From a virus (lineage: Duplodnaviria > Caudoviricetes): a DNA stretch of 39,999 nt. A program made the translations under genes and the position numbers. This document shows positions 9,599-17,768 of the stretch, one piece after another. The notes beneath the pieces were generated by a model. The model was not told the DNA's origin and did not search any database. It saw only the letters and a list, made by a program, of their open reading frames with translations. Each line of letters starts with the position of its first letter. Positions within the stretch are counted from its first letter, which is position 1. The stretch is taken from IMG/VR virus record IMGVR_UViG_3300037423_000619, positions 1 through 39,999 of that record; one strand, written 5' to 3'.

Positions 9599-9901
9599 AT
9601 GAAGCCGATGGCCATGCCGCTGCATCTGACCGGGCCGATGCTCGACACCTACCGCAAGATTGCCGGGGTCTCTCAAGCCGAAATGGCTCAGGCCATGCGC
9701 CTGCCGCTTCGCACGTTCGAGGATATCCTGGCCGGGAAGTCTCAGCTGCGCGAAGTCCATTTGCGCGCCGCCGAAATGGGGATGCTCGCCCTCGCCTGGA
9801 AGAACGACGACGCCAGCAAGTTGCCCAAGCACCTGAAGGATCTGGTTCGCGAAGTCGCCGCGCTGCTCGACGCTGAAGACGCCAACAAAAAACCCGCCTG
9901 A
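9599..9901 (+). CDS. XRE-family HTH transcriptional regulator
   Basis: LDTYRKIAGVSQAEMAQAMRLPLRTFEDILAG helix-turn-helix. Confidence 0.85.
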   Translation: MKPMAMPLHLTGPMLDTYRKIAGVSQAEMAQAMRLPLRTFEDILAGKSQLREVHLRAAEMGMLALAWKNDDASKLPKHLKDLVREVAALLDAEDANKKPA

Positions 9902-9912
9902 TTTGGCGGGTT
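9887..9912 (-). terminator. Intrinsic terminator (tR'-like)
   Basis: aacccgcc/ggcgggtt stem followed by T6 on the minus strand. Confidence 0.8.
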
Positions 9913-9939
9913 CGCGACGCAATTTTGCGCATGGCGTTC

Positions 9940-9968
9940 TCAATAGGGGGTTTCGTGTCGAAAGTCAA
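9940..9968 (-). promoter_or_regulatory. Putative late promoter (pR'-like)
   Basis: TTGACT-N17-TATTGA overlapping the stop of the putative late regulator, ~30 bp before a terminator. Confidence 0.55.
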
Positions 9969-10597
9969 CGTTTCGGCGCGCGACCTGTGAAGCGGAAGTG
10001 AGCGGCGCAAGCCCGCAGATCATGGTGCAGGACCGATGCCATTTCGCGCTCGGTAGCGCCGTGCTTGCGGGCGATTTCCTTGGACGTCATGCCGCCCACG
10101 CAATAGTCGACCAGGCGCGCCGCCGGTTGTCGGCCGAGTTCGACCACGAACCCGTCCAGCCTGTCGACCGCAGCCACCCGGCCATCCGAGATTCCGGTGG
10201 CATAGCCGGATGATGTGCCGCGAAGGAAATTGGCGGAACTGGCGATGGTGAGCCCGGCGCGCTCCCACAGGATCGCCAGATGACTGCCGGCATGGAACAG
10301 CGCTGACTGCTTGTTGCGGCCATAGCGCCATTCGAATGTTCCAGGCTTCGCCCGGATCGTCTGTAGATCGTTGCGCTTTCCTGAAATGCGAAGCTTGACG
10401 GTCGTGACCTTGGCGCCCTCCTTTCCGCCGTCGAGAGCCTTTAGCCTGGTGATGGCGCGGGGCTCCCGCTTCCGACCGGCCTTGCGCTCGTCTGCGGTGA
10501 TCGCGTGCGAGATCGGTCGCTTCTTCGGCGGGGTAAAAGGCACTTCGTCGAACAGCTTGGCTGACGGACGCATTTCAGTTTTCGTCCGTCGCTTCAT
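9965..10597 (-). CDS. Putative late-gene regulator/antiterminator (DUF6456-like)
   Basis: Last gene of the early-right operon; LFHAG..LWERAG motif, C-terminal HTH-like MTSKEIARKHG; Q-like position. Confidence 0.6.
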   Translation of the reverse strand: MKRRTKTEMRPSAKLFDEVPFTPPKKRPISHAITADERKAGRKREPRAITRLKALDGGKEGAKVTTVKLRISGKRNDLQTIRAKPGTFEWRYGRNKQSALFHAGSHLAILWERAGLTIASSANFLRGTSSGYATGISDGRVAAVDRLDGFVVELGRQPAARLVDYCVGGMTSKEIARKHGATEREMASVLHHDLRACAAHFRFTGRAPKR

Positions 10598-11451
10598 GCT
10601 CGCTCCCGCGCGTCTTTGCCGGCGTAGGGGATCAGTCGACGAGCCGCCTTGGCTGGCTCGGCCTCGCTGACAACGTTGGCGGTGGCGGACCGCCGCTTCT
10701 TGCACTTCTGGAACCAGGTCGATGCAAGCCCTTTCCAGAACGTCACGCCGTGGGTGGCGGCGAACCGGCGCGCTTCCTTGTCGAGCGACGTGCCTACCGT
10801 CTTGATGGTATTCGCCAGATCCTCCGCCGCGATGTGTGGCGCGAACTCGCGATCGGTAAGCAAATGCTCGACGGCCTTCAGATGGTTCGCAGTGATCGGC
10901 TTGAAGCCGCCGGCCGCGACCGTCGTCAAGAACTCGGCCACGCGGCTATCCACATAGCCGGCGACGAGCTTCTGCAGCTCGCCGACGGCGATGGTGTCAT
11001 TGGCCTTGAAGTTGCCCGGAAACTTCGGAATGCGGATGCCCGCCTGGCTGGCCGCCTTCAGCGTCTCGGCCGCGCTACCTGTGCCGGCCGCCAACTCGGC
11101 GAAGAACAATTCCAGCGCCGAGACGTTCTTGCGGTGCTTGTTCACGTCAACGAAGATCGAGGCTTCGACCGCGATGTTTTCCGCTTGCACGATGACGGCA
11201 GGAACGTGCGAAACCAGCGGATGAAGCTTCGCCGCTTCAAGGCGATGCTGACCATCGGTCACATGGAAGCCATCGCCGGCAGGAACCACGACGAGCGCGC
11301 CGAACGAGCGCCACGTGAAGGCCTTGACGATGTTGTTCACCCGCTGCTCGTCGAGCGGGCGCTGATATAGGGGATCGACAGTGATCCGGCCGGTTTCGAT
11401 CCAGTCGAGAACCGGCACCTCGCCGGGATCGGGAAAGTTTTCCTGCTCCAT
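10594..11451 (-). CDS. ParB-like N-terminal domain protein (DGQHR/DUF6551-like)
   Basis: VDPLYQRPL and VTDGQHRLEAA motifs; GAGGG RBS. Confidence 0.8.
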   Translation of the reverse strand: MEQENFPDPGEVPVLDWIETGRITVDPLYQRPLDEQRVNNIVKAFTWRSFGALVVVPAGDGFHVTDGQHRLEAAKLHPLVSHVPAVIVQAENIAVEASIFVDVNKHRKNVSALELFFAELAAGTGSAAETLKAASQAGIRIPKFPGNFKANDTIAVGELQKLVAGYVDSRVAEFLTTVAAGGFKPITANHLKAVEHLLTDREFAPHIAAEDLANTIKTVGTSLDKEARRFAATHGVTFWKGLASTWFQKCKKRRSATANVVSEAEPAKAARRLIPYAGKDARERA

Positions 11452-11453
11452 GG

Positions 11454-12206
11454 CTATGCCCTCACCGCCAGCTGCTGCTCGATGAGCGAGGGCTTCAGCA
11501 CCATTTCCCGGCCCATCAGCGAAAGCTCGTCGGCGCGCTCGTTGCCGATAATGCCGGCGTGGCCTTTGCACCATTCCAGTTCGATCGGGTGCAGACCCAG
11601 GGCGCCGTCGAGACACTTCCACAAATCGAGGTTCGCGACGTCCTTCTGCCCACGGCGCCAGCCGTTGCGCTTCCACTTGTGCCGCCACTCGTTGCAGCCG
11701 TTCACGGTGTAGGCGCTGTCGGAAATGATGCGCGGCGTCTTTTCGGGCTGGTTGTTGGTGATCCAGTCGAGCGCTTGCAGGACCGCCGTCAGCTCCATCC
11801 GCTGATTGGTTGCCTCGTGGTCGCCACCCTGTGCCGCGGCGATTTCCTTGCCGTCGAGATAGACGACAAATCCCCACCCGCCGATGCCGGGGTTAGGCTC
11901 GCAGCACCCATCGGCATAGATGATCAAGCCCATCGGCACAGCCCGCGCATGATGCGGCTTGTCAACACGATGTTGACTTTTGGCCATGTCAAATCTGTTT
12001 GACTTTGCCTTTACCGCGTCGACACCGCCCGCTGCCGCCAGCAGCCGGTCGGCCTCTCGGCGAAGCTGCTCCTTCGTCGGCTGCTTGCCCTTGCGGGGCA
12101 GGCGAATATTGGCTGGCCAACTGCTGTCGTCAGAGGCCGATTCCGAACCGTTGCGCTGTATCAGCTTGCGCATGCGGTGATTATCCCAATGGCTTCGCTT
12201 GCTCAC
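11454..12206 (-). CDS. rnhA: Ribonuclease HI with ~90-aa basic N-terminal extension
   Basis: IYADG..PNPG.GGWG, TNQRMELTA, ISDSAY, W..KWKRNGW, NLDLW, KGHAG..GNERADELS. Confidence 0.93.
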   Translation of the reverse strand: MSKRSHWDNHRMRKLIQRNGSESASDDSSWPANIRLPRKGKQPTKEQLRREADRLLAAAGGVDAVKAKSNRFDMAKSQHRVDKPHHARAVPMGLIIYADGCCEPNPGIGGWGFVVYLDGKEIAAAQGGDHEATNQRMELTAVLQALDWITNNQPEKTPRIISDSAYTVNGCNEWRHKWKRNGWRRGQKDVANLDLWKCLDGALGLHPIELEWCKGHAGIIGNERADELSLMGREMVLKPSLIEQQLAVRA

Positions 12207-13090
12207 AGCTGTTCTCCCGCAAGCTTGCGGTGCAGCAGATCGGCGCGGGCGATGATGCTCACACTTTCGGCCAGCCGGGTCAGCTCCCTTTCGCTCGCAA
12301 TCTTTGTGAACACGCGCGTCATGCGCGGATCGTCAGGCCAGGTCTTCATCCGGTCGAGACAGACCGAAAGCGCCTGGCTGGCATCCAGGAACGTCTCCGG
12401 TGTGAAATTACCTTCGCAATCCCGCAACTTCTGGACCGCCCTTGTGTAGCTGAGGGGCATAGGATTGGCCGCCGCGTCCGTCAGGAAGGGGCAGTCGTCT
12501 TCCAGCAGTTCATCCCTGACGATGCTGAACTGGCGTTCGCTCGCCGGTATCGGCAGCATCTCATCGACCGCGTACCAGACCGGGCTGAAGAAAGAGCCGT
12601 CCTCACGCTTGATCGCCTCGCCCCTGATCGGGCGCGCGGTTTCCTCACCGGTATCTGCCGCCTTGTCGAACAAGAGCACGTTGAAATAGCCGTCGATCGC
12701 TGCCGGCGTCACGAACACGACCGGCTGGTGTGGCGTCTCGGCTTCGTGCCAGCCGATGCAACCGATGATCAGCGTTTCGTCGGTGGCCGGTAGTTTTCGC
12801 TTCGACAGATAGTCCAGGGCGGCCTTGATGCCGCCAAGTTCGGACACCGTGTCCGCTGCGATGCCGGAGCGGGCAAGCTGCATCAGCCGACGCGCCTGCC
12901 GTTCATGCACGCTCGCGCGATCAAGAAACGATGTCCATTCGCCATGCGCGCAGGATTCCTTGGCTTCGCAGAGCAGGCGGCCGGCGACCAACGCCTTTTC
13001 GATGAAAGCATGCTCGGCCGCCGCCGATTCCTCATTCGCCGCTTTGACGCGTTCGGCCAGATCAGCCAGGCTGTTAGAGAGATCGGTCAT
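12203..13090 (-). CDS. DUF3102-like domain protein
   Basis: AGRLLCEAKESCAHGEWTSFL...ERQARRLMQLA motif. Confidence 0.7.
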   Translation of the reverse strand: MTDLSNSLADLAERVKAANEESAAAEHAFIEKALVAGRLLCEAKESCAHGEWTSFLDRASVHERQARRLMQLARSGIAADTVSELGGIKAALDYLSKRKLPATDETLIIGCIGWHEAETPHQPVVFVTPAAIDGYFNVLLFDKAADTGEETARPIRGEAIKREDGSFFSPVWYAVDEMLPIPASERQFSIVRDELLEDDCPFLTDAAANPMPLSYTRAVQKLRDCEGNFTPETFLDASQALSVCLDRMKTWPDDPRMTRVFTKIASERELTRLAESVSIIARADLLHRKLAGEQL

Positions 13091-13389
13091 GCTGCACCTT
13101 TGGACGGCTGGCCGTTGTCGTTGTCGCTCGGGATGATGAATTCGGGCTCGATCTCGATCCGATCGCCAGCGAACCGGAACCAGATTTTCAGCAAGCCCGC
13201 GTTGATGAGCTCGCGCGTGGCGTCCCACAGTTCGCGGTCGTCGAACGGTGCATCGGGGCCGGTGAGACGGCGAAGCATCGCCATCATAATCTTGCGCGCA
13301 TCCTCGCCTACGGTTTTGGCAAATTCATCGAATGGCAAATGAGGGTTGAGACGCGCCCATTTCTCGGCGCGCCGCCGCTTCCTGTTCAT
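13087..13389 (-). CDS. Hypothetical protein (100 aa)
   Basis: ATGA overlaps at both ends, AGGAG RBS. Confidence 0.7.
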   Translation of the reverse strand: MNRKRRRAEKWARLNPHLPFDEFAKTVGEDARKIMMAMLRRLTGPDAPFDDRELWDATRELINAGLLKIWFRFAGDRIEIEPEFIIPSDNDNGQPSKGAA

Positions 13390-14324
13390 GCTGCTCTCCT
13401 GGCTTTGGTAAGGACGTCGTTCCAGTCCTCGCCGACCATCGGCGGGATCTGAACGCTGGTGATCAGGCCGGCACAGGCCAGCCGATGGGCGAGGGCGTAG
13501 GCCGCAGCCTGGCCGCCGAATTTCGGATCGTTGTCGCCGTAGATGACGACTTCGGTGACGCCGGCAGGCGCCTGCCATTTCTCGAGCCCGGTCGAGTTGA
13601 CGGCTGACCAGCACGGAACGCCGAAGAGCACTGTCGCAGCCAGGGCCGTTTCAATGCCTTCGGCGATGCCGAGCGTTGAGCCGTGTGGGGCGAGGCGAAT
13701 GGCGGCGCCGGCAGGGAAATCGCCCGGCATCATCTTGCGCACCTCGTCGACATCGGCCTTTCGGCCGTCGGCGGTGAGATAGGTCCGATGGATGTTGACG
13801 GCGGTTCCGCCCGCGTCGATCAGCGCCGCCAGCATCGCCGGATGGTTGCCGCGCCGGCCTGTCTCGTCGCGGTATGCCGCCGACGGCGCAAACCGCAGCG
13901 TGTGCGGATAAAAGTCGAGCCCGACGGCGCGACCGCGCAAGTAGCGGTCAACCGGGTCGCCGCGCGTGATCCTGCCGGCGCTGTCCCACAGGCGCGCCAG
14001 TGCTGCCTCTCGCTCCTGCGAGGTCTGTTCCTTTTTTTTCTTGCCGATCGGTGCCGAGCCGATCACGCCTTCAATGGCTGTGGCTGCATCCTTGAAGTCG
14101 AGCCCGAGCAGTTTCATTACGAACTGCACGCCGTCGCCGGCCCCGCATTGCGAGCAGAAGAACGTACCGTTGCCGCCCTTGTCGTCGAAGCGGAACCGAT
14201 CCTTGCCGCCGCAGCCTGGGAGCGGACAGGGGCGATGTCTGCCGGTCAGCACCGATGACGGAACGCCGAGCGCAGTCATGATGCCGGGCCACCGGCCGCG
14301 TGCACGGTCCCTGATCTTTTCCAT
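13386..14324 (-). CDS. DNA primase (P4 alpha-type Zn finger + Toprim)
   Basis: HRPCP..CGGKDRFRFDD..G.G.FFCSQCGAGDG; IAEGIETAL; YGDND; GEDWND. Confidence 0.9.
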   Translation of the reverse strand: MEKIRDRARGRWPGIMTALGVPSSVLTGRHRPCPLPGCGGKDRFRFDDKGGNGTFFCSQCGAGDGVQFVMKLLGLDFKDAATAIEGVIGSAPIGKKKKEQTSQEREAALARLWDSAGRITRGDPVDRYLRGRAVGLDFYPHTLRFAPSAAYRDETGRRGNHPAMLAALIDAGGTAVNIHRTYLTADGRKADVDEVRKMMPGDFPAGAAIRLAPHGSTLGIAEGIETALAATVLFGVPCWSAVNSTGLEKWQAPAGVTEVVIYGDNDPKFGGQAAAYALAHRLACAGLITSVQIPPMVGEDWNDVLTKARRAA

Positions 14325-14926
14325 CAGGCCGCGCCCTTGTTGAAGGACACCCGTCCAAGGGACGAAAGAGCCTGCTGCTTAAGCTTACTCTCGGGGGTTT
14401 CTTCCTCTTGGATAGGAAGGGATGTTCCTTGTTCTTGGTCTTGTTCCTGTTCTTGGCTTCGAAGGGCCTTGGAAGCCCCTTTGGAGCCCCTTACGAATTC
14501 GGCGAGGTCGGGACGGGGCACAAGATGGAAATCGTCGCTGTATCGCAAAAAAAAGCAGTGCGATATCAAGCATTTCGGCAGTGCCGCGAACTCTTTCTTG
14601 ACGGCAACAACACGGTTGTCGTTGGCCTTCAACGCGGTTCCGACCTGAAACCGGGCCATCTCATGGACCCAGACCAGATCGATGCCCTCATCGAAGCTAC
14701 ACCAGGACACTTCGCAGAGCCTTCGAAGCCCCTTCGAAGCCCCTTCCAAGGGGAGACCGGTATCGGTTGCGATGTAGGCGACGGGGCAGTGAAAAACCCC
14801 GGTCATGGTCGAGTGCGGACCGGTCAACAGATACATGGCGACCAGCTGCGCGTCGCTGTCGCCGCGAAGCAGCCGGCCGGTTCGACCAGTCCAAAAGCTC
14901 GGAGCCACGGTGCCGTAAGCTCTCAA
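14324..14926 (-). CDS. Phage replication initiator-like protein
   Basis: FWTG..LVAMYLLTGPH..GVF..P..YIA.DTG winged-helix-like N-terminus; QEQEQDQEQ linker; internal DNA repeats; upstream of the primase. Confidence 0.7.
   Translation of the reverse strand: MRAYGTVAPSFWTGRTGRLLRGDSDAQLVAMYLLTGPHSTMTGVFHCPVAYIATDTGLPLEGASKGLRRLCEVSWCSFDEGIDLVWVHEMARFQVGTALKANDNRVVAVKKEFAALPKCLISHCFFLRYSDDFHLVPRPDLAEFVRGSKGASKALRSQEQEQDQEQGTSLPIQEEETPESKLKQQALSSLGRVSFNKGAA
14457..14753. repeat. Iteron-like GAAGCCCCTT repeats in two clusters (candidate replication origin)
   Basis: 14457-14497 cttcgaagggccttggaagcccctttggagcccctt; 14721-14753 cttcgaagccccttcgaagccccttccaagggg. Confidence 0.6.
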
Positions 14927-15216
14927 CGCTTGCCCCCGATCTGCGCTTGAAGCGCGGCGATCAGGGCTGCAACGGCGTCGTCGTCGCGGAGAACGACGAA
15001 CATGTCTTCGTCCGGGCCGTCCGGGTGCTCCTGGCGGATGACAATGCCGTCGACCCGGTTCCGGTACACGGCAACGGCGCGCTGCTCGTCGACCACGATG
15101 TCGTCGCGGTCACGCCACGAGAACGGGTCATTGTCGAAGCCGATCTCGGCCACGACAACGCCGCCGACCTTGATTTCCGCTATCTTGGTTTCGCCTGTCT
15201 CGAAAAGGTCGCTCAT
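14923..15216 (-). CDS. Hypothetical acidic protein (97 aa)
   Basis: TGATG coupling, GAGGG RBS. Confidence 0.7.
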   Translation of the reverse strand: MSDLFETGETKIAEIKVGGVVVAEIGFDNDPFSWRDRDDIVVDEQRAVAVYRNRVDGIVIRQEHPDGPDEDMFVVLRDDDAVAALIAALQAQIGGKR

Positions 15217-15392
15217 CAGAGTGCCCTCGCGCGGATCAGGTTCGCTTGGCGGATGGCCTCGCACGCCTGTGAGGCCGAAAGCCCGAACTGCTCTTTCAGT
15301 TGAGGGACCGCGGGGCGATTCTTGTCTCGGTTGCCGGTGGCGAGCCACGTAGCCGCGGCGGACACCGTGTCCGTTTCGGGCCGGCCGCTCAT
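15216..15392 (-). CDS. Hypothetical protein (58 aa)
   Basis: ATGA overlap with the cro stop; VPQLKEQFGLSASQACEAI helical motif. Confidence 0.7.
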   Translation of the reverse strand: MSGRPETDTVSAAATWLATGNRDKNRPAVPQLKEQFGLSASQACEAIRQANLIRARAL

Positions 15393-15643
15393 GGCGTCAC
15401 CGACCGCTGCTGTTCGGTCTTCAACTGGTTCAGCAGGCGCAAGCTGGCGCCTTCGATACCGGCCTTGCCGTTTTCCATGCGCCACACGGTCGTATAGTCG
15501 CAGCCGAGGTAGTCAGCGAGGTTTGACCGCTTCCAGTTCCTGGCGTTGCGGATGGCCACCATGTCAGCCGGAGTGATCGGCTGTAGAGGGGCGATCGGGA
15601 GCGGCTTGACGCCATCGTGTAGGTGAGTTGCTTCGGTCTGCAT
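15389..15643 (-). CDS. Cro-like XRE HTH repressor
   Basis: IRNARNWKRSNLADYLGCDYTTVWRMENG; divergent from cI. Confidence 0.85.
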   Translation of the reverse strand: MQTEATHLHDGVKPLPIAPLQPITPADMVAIRNARNWKRSNLADYLGCDYTTVWRMENGKAGIEGASLRLLNQLKTEQQRSVTP

Positions 15644-15673
15644 TGGCCCTTTCCTATGCGGGTTGCACAATTC

Positions 15674-15746
15674 AATGCGTTAAGCATAGCACAAGATCGA
15701 GCAAAAACAATGCAGCGTGCATTACCATTTTCATGCATAATGCATG
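15674..15746. promoter_or_regulatory. OR-like operator triplet ATGC-N5-GCAT
   Basis: aatgcgttaagcata 15674-15688, aatgcagcgtgcatt 15709-15723, catgcataatgcatg 15732-15746. Confidence 0.8.
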
Positions 15747-15773
15747 GAAACCATGGTTTTTGGGGATAAGGGA

Positions 15774-16622
15774 ATGCAAAACGAAGAAGCCACGCCGGCG
15801 GGTCGGTTGCGAAGCGCGAGGTTGGCCGCAGGCTTTAAGTCGGCAACCAAGGCGGCTGATGCGCTGAAAATCAGCTTGGGCACCTATGCCGGTCACGAAA
15901 ACGGGTCACGGGCGTTCGACCGGGAACAGGCGCAGAAATACGCTCAGAAATTCAAGGTGCGGGAGGCCTGGTTGATGTTCGGCGAACCGCCGCGTTCGCA
16001 GATCGCCAAGGATCTGATGGTTGGCGGGATCAATGAAGAGACGATCAAGCGCATCCCAATCGACGTATGGGACCCGGCCGAGCCGGATCACGCCAGCCAT
16101 ATCGATAGTGGCGATGTCGGAAATGATGAGGGAGTGCTGTCCGGCGCACACCAATACACGCCTAAGCTGGACGGTGCTATTCCAGAGATTGACGTTCGAC
16201 CAGGTGCCGGGCAGGGGCAGGCGGGCGCCGAGGTCGTTGCGATTTCCAGCGGCGGAGCGATCACCGGTCACAAGGTGGTCAGCGAATGGGTGCTGCCGGC
16301 GTCGTTCTTCCGGCATGAGCTGCAAGCCTCGCCTACTGGCTCGATCTTCATGGCGGTGGTTGGTGACAGCATGGCGCCCACACTTCAGCCGGGGAACAGG
16401 ATCATCGTAGACACCCGGCAGAATACGTTCGGAGCCGACGGCATCTATGTCTTCGATGACGGCGATGGCGAACCGCGGGTGAAGCGTCTTTCCAAGGTGC
16501 TTTTCAGTAACCCGCCAGCCGTAACGATCCTCTCCGACAATCCCGCGCATCCTGCGCAGAACGCATTGCTCGGCGATGTGCGAATCATCGGCCGTGTCGT
16601 GGGTCAGGTGTCCCGGCTCTAA
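15774..16622 (+). CDS. CI-like repressor, XRE HTH + S24 autopeptidase
   Basis: RLRSARLAAGF..YAGHENGSR HTH; cleavage-site-like GAGQG; VVGDSMAPT catalytic Ser; RVKRL catalytic Lys; IIGRVV. Confidence 0.93.
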   Translation: MQNEEATPAGRLRSARLAAGFKSATKAADALKISLGTYAGHENGSRAFDREQAQKYAQKFKVREAWLMFGEPPRSQIAKDLMVGGINEETIKRIPIDVWDPAEPDHASHIDSGDVGNDEGVLSGAHQYTPKLDGAIPEIDVRPGAGQGQAGAEVVAISSGGAITGHKVVSEWVLPASFFRHELQASPTGSIFMAVVGDSMAPTLQPGNRIIVDTRQNTFGADGIYVFDDGDGEPRVKRLSKVLFSNPPAVTILSDNPAHPAQNALLGDVRIIGRVVGQVSRL

Positions 16623-16681
16623 TGCGCGGGCATTGAATTAATGCGATATGCATTGACTTAGTTAATGCGCTGTGCATTAAT
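16621..16681 (+). promoter_or_regulatory. OL/PL-like region
   Basis: aatgcgatatgcatt 16640-16654 and aatgcgctgtgcatt 16664-16678, plus an N4 variant at 16621-16634; TTGACT at 16653-16658. Confidence 0.8.
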
Positions 16682-16710
16682 CGGCTCCAACGAAGCAGTT
16701 GGAGCCCACC

Positions 16711-17040
16711 ATGAACCTCTTGGCCAAAGCCTTCTCTGATCTCTCCCGGCCGGTCGATGGTGAATTGCTGGCGGCAGCATGGCGCATCGCCTCGCAAGAC
16801 GTGGCCGACGATCTGCGCTTCATCCGCCAGTATGCCAAAGTGATCGCTGAGCGCGACGAATGGCTTTCGACCGGCGCGCTTGTCCATCGTCCGGCCTATG
16901 TCCAGCAGTGCCGCCATTGGCTGGCTGAGACGATCAAGCGCTATCTACGCAACGTCCGCACCATTTCTGAGACGGAAGCCGCCATGACCGACATCGGCAT
17001 GGCCTTCGCCAAATCTTCCTATGCGTGGGATGCAGCGTGA
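16711..17040 (+). CDS. Hypothetical early protein (109 aa)
   Basis: GGAG RBS, first gene after the PL-like promoter. Confidence 0.7.
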   Translation: MNLLAKAFSDLSRPVDGELLAAAWRIASQDVADDLRFIRQYAKVIAERDEWLSTGALVHRPAYVQQCRHWLAETIKRYLRNVRTISETEAAMTDIGMAFAKSSYAWDAA

Positions 17041-17044
17041 TGGC

Positions 17045-17647
17045 TCACGGCTTCTGCTTACCCGTAAATATAGCTCCCCCACCGCGGTGTCCGCCGCGTT
17101 CCAACCGTTCACGGAATGTCAGTTCGTCCCTTAGTTCTTGGATCGACAGGGGAGATTTGAATGCCGCGACGGCTCGGCGTAGCGCGGCGTCGTTTCCCTC
17201 GGCGGCGCCGCTTAAAAGCTCTTCGAAGGCCGCGATCAAATGGCTAACGCGCCGCAGCTCGCGCTTCATGTCCTCTGTTTCCGCCGTCTGTCGTTTGAGG
17301 CTGGCAAGCTCGCTCTGTGCCTCCCTCAATTCGAAGTTTTGCATGCGATACTTGTCTTCGATCCCAGCCGATCGCTCTTCGACTTCATGGAGCATCTTCG
17401 CAACGCGCTCCATGTCCGCGATGTATTTCCGGGACTGCTCGCGCTCAGTCGCTAATTCCCGCTCTTTCCGTTCGAGTAGGGCGCTGGTTTCCGCGTACCG
17501 GCGCAGCAGCTTGTCGAACTCCTCCAGGCGGAAAACGATCTCGCCGTTCATCGACCTGGAGCTTTGGGTCGCGGCTTCGGTCAGCGCGTCTCTCAGGACG
17601 ACGGGCAATCGCAAGGTGATGCGCGTCTCTAAAGGGTCTTCAGCCAT
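17045..17647 (-). CDS. Arc/Mnt-family ribbon-helix-helix protein with long coiled coil
   Basis: RITLRLPVVLRDALTEAATQSSRSMNGEIVFRLE. Confidence 0.85.
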   Translation of the reverse strand: MAEDPLETRITLRLPVVLRDALTEAATQSSRSMNGEIVFRLEEFDKLLRRYAETSALLERKERELATEREQSRKYIADMERVAKMLHEVEERSAGIEDKYRMQNFELREAQSELASLKRQTAETEDMKRELRRVSHLIAAFEELLSGAAEGNDAALRRAVAAFKSPLSIQELRDELTFRERLERGGHRGGGAIFTGKQKP

Positions 17648-17709
17648 TTCATCCCGGCCAGTTATTCACAGGTATCGGGCGAATAGCACCGTTTTGATGC
17701 CATGCCAAC

Positions 17710-17743
17710 TTGACACCAAAATGGTGCGACACTAAAGTGGTGT
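17710..17743 (+). promoter_or_regulatory. Sigma70 promoter overlapped by tandem 16-bp operators
   Basis: TTGACA(17710-17715)-N17-TAAAGT; gacaccaaaatggtgc/gacactaaagtggtgt. Confidence 0.75.
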
Positions 17744-17768
17744 CATAGTTAACGAGAGAGGAAAGGAA

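Noticed and set aside
14032-14039. A8 run in the primase as a frameshift or phase-variation site
   Set aside because: Encodes an in-frame Lys-rich linker; the ORF is intact and I saw no supporting stimulatory structure
14425-14456. CAAGAA-like short tandem repeat
   Set aside because: Explained by the QEQEQDQEQ linker of the initiator protein
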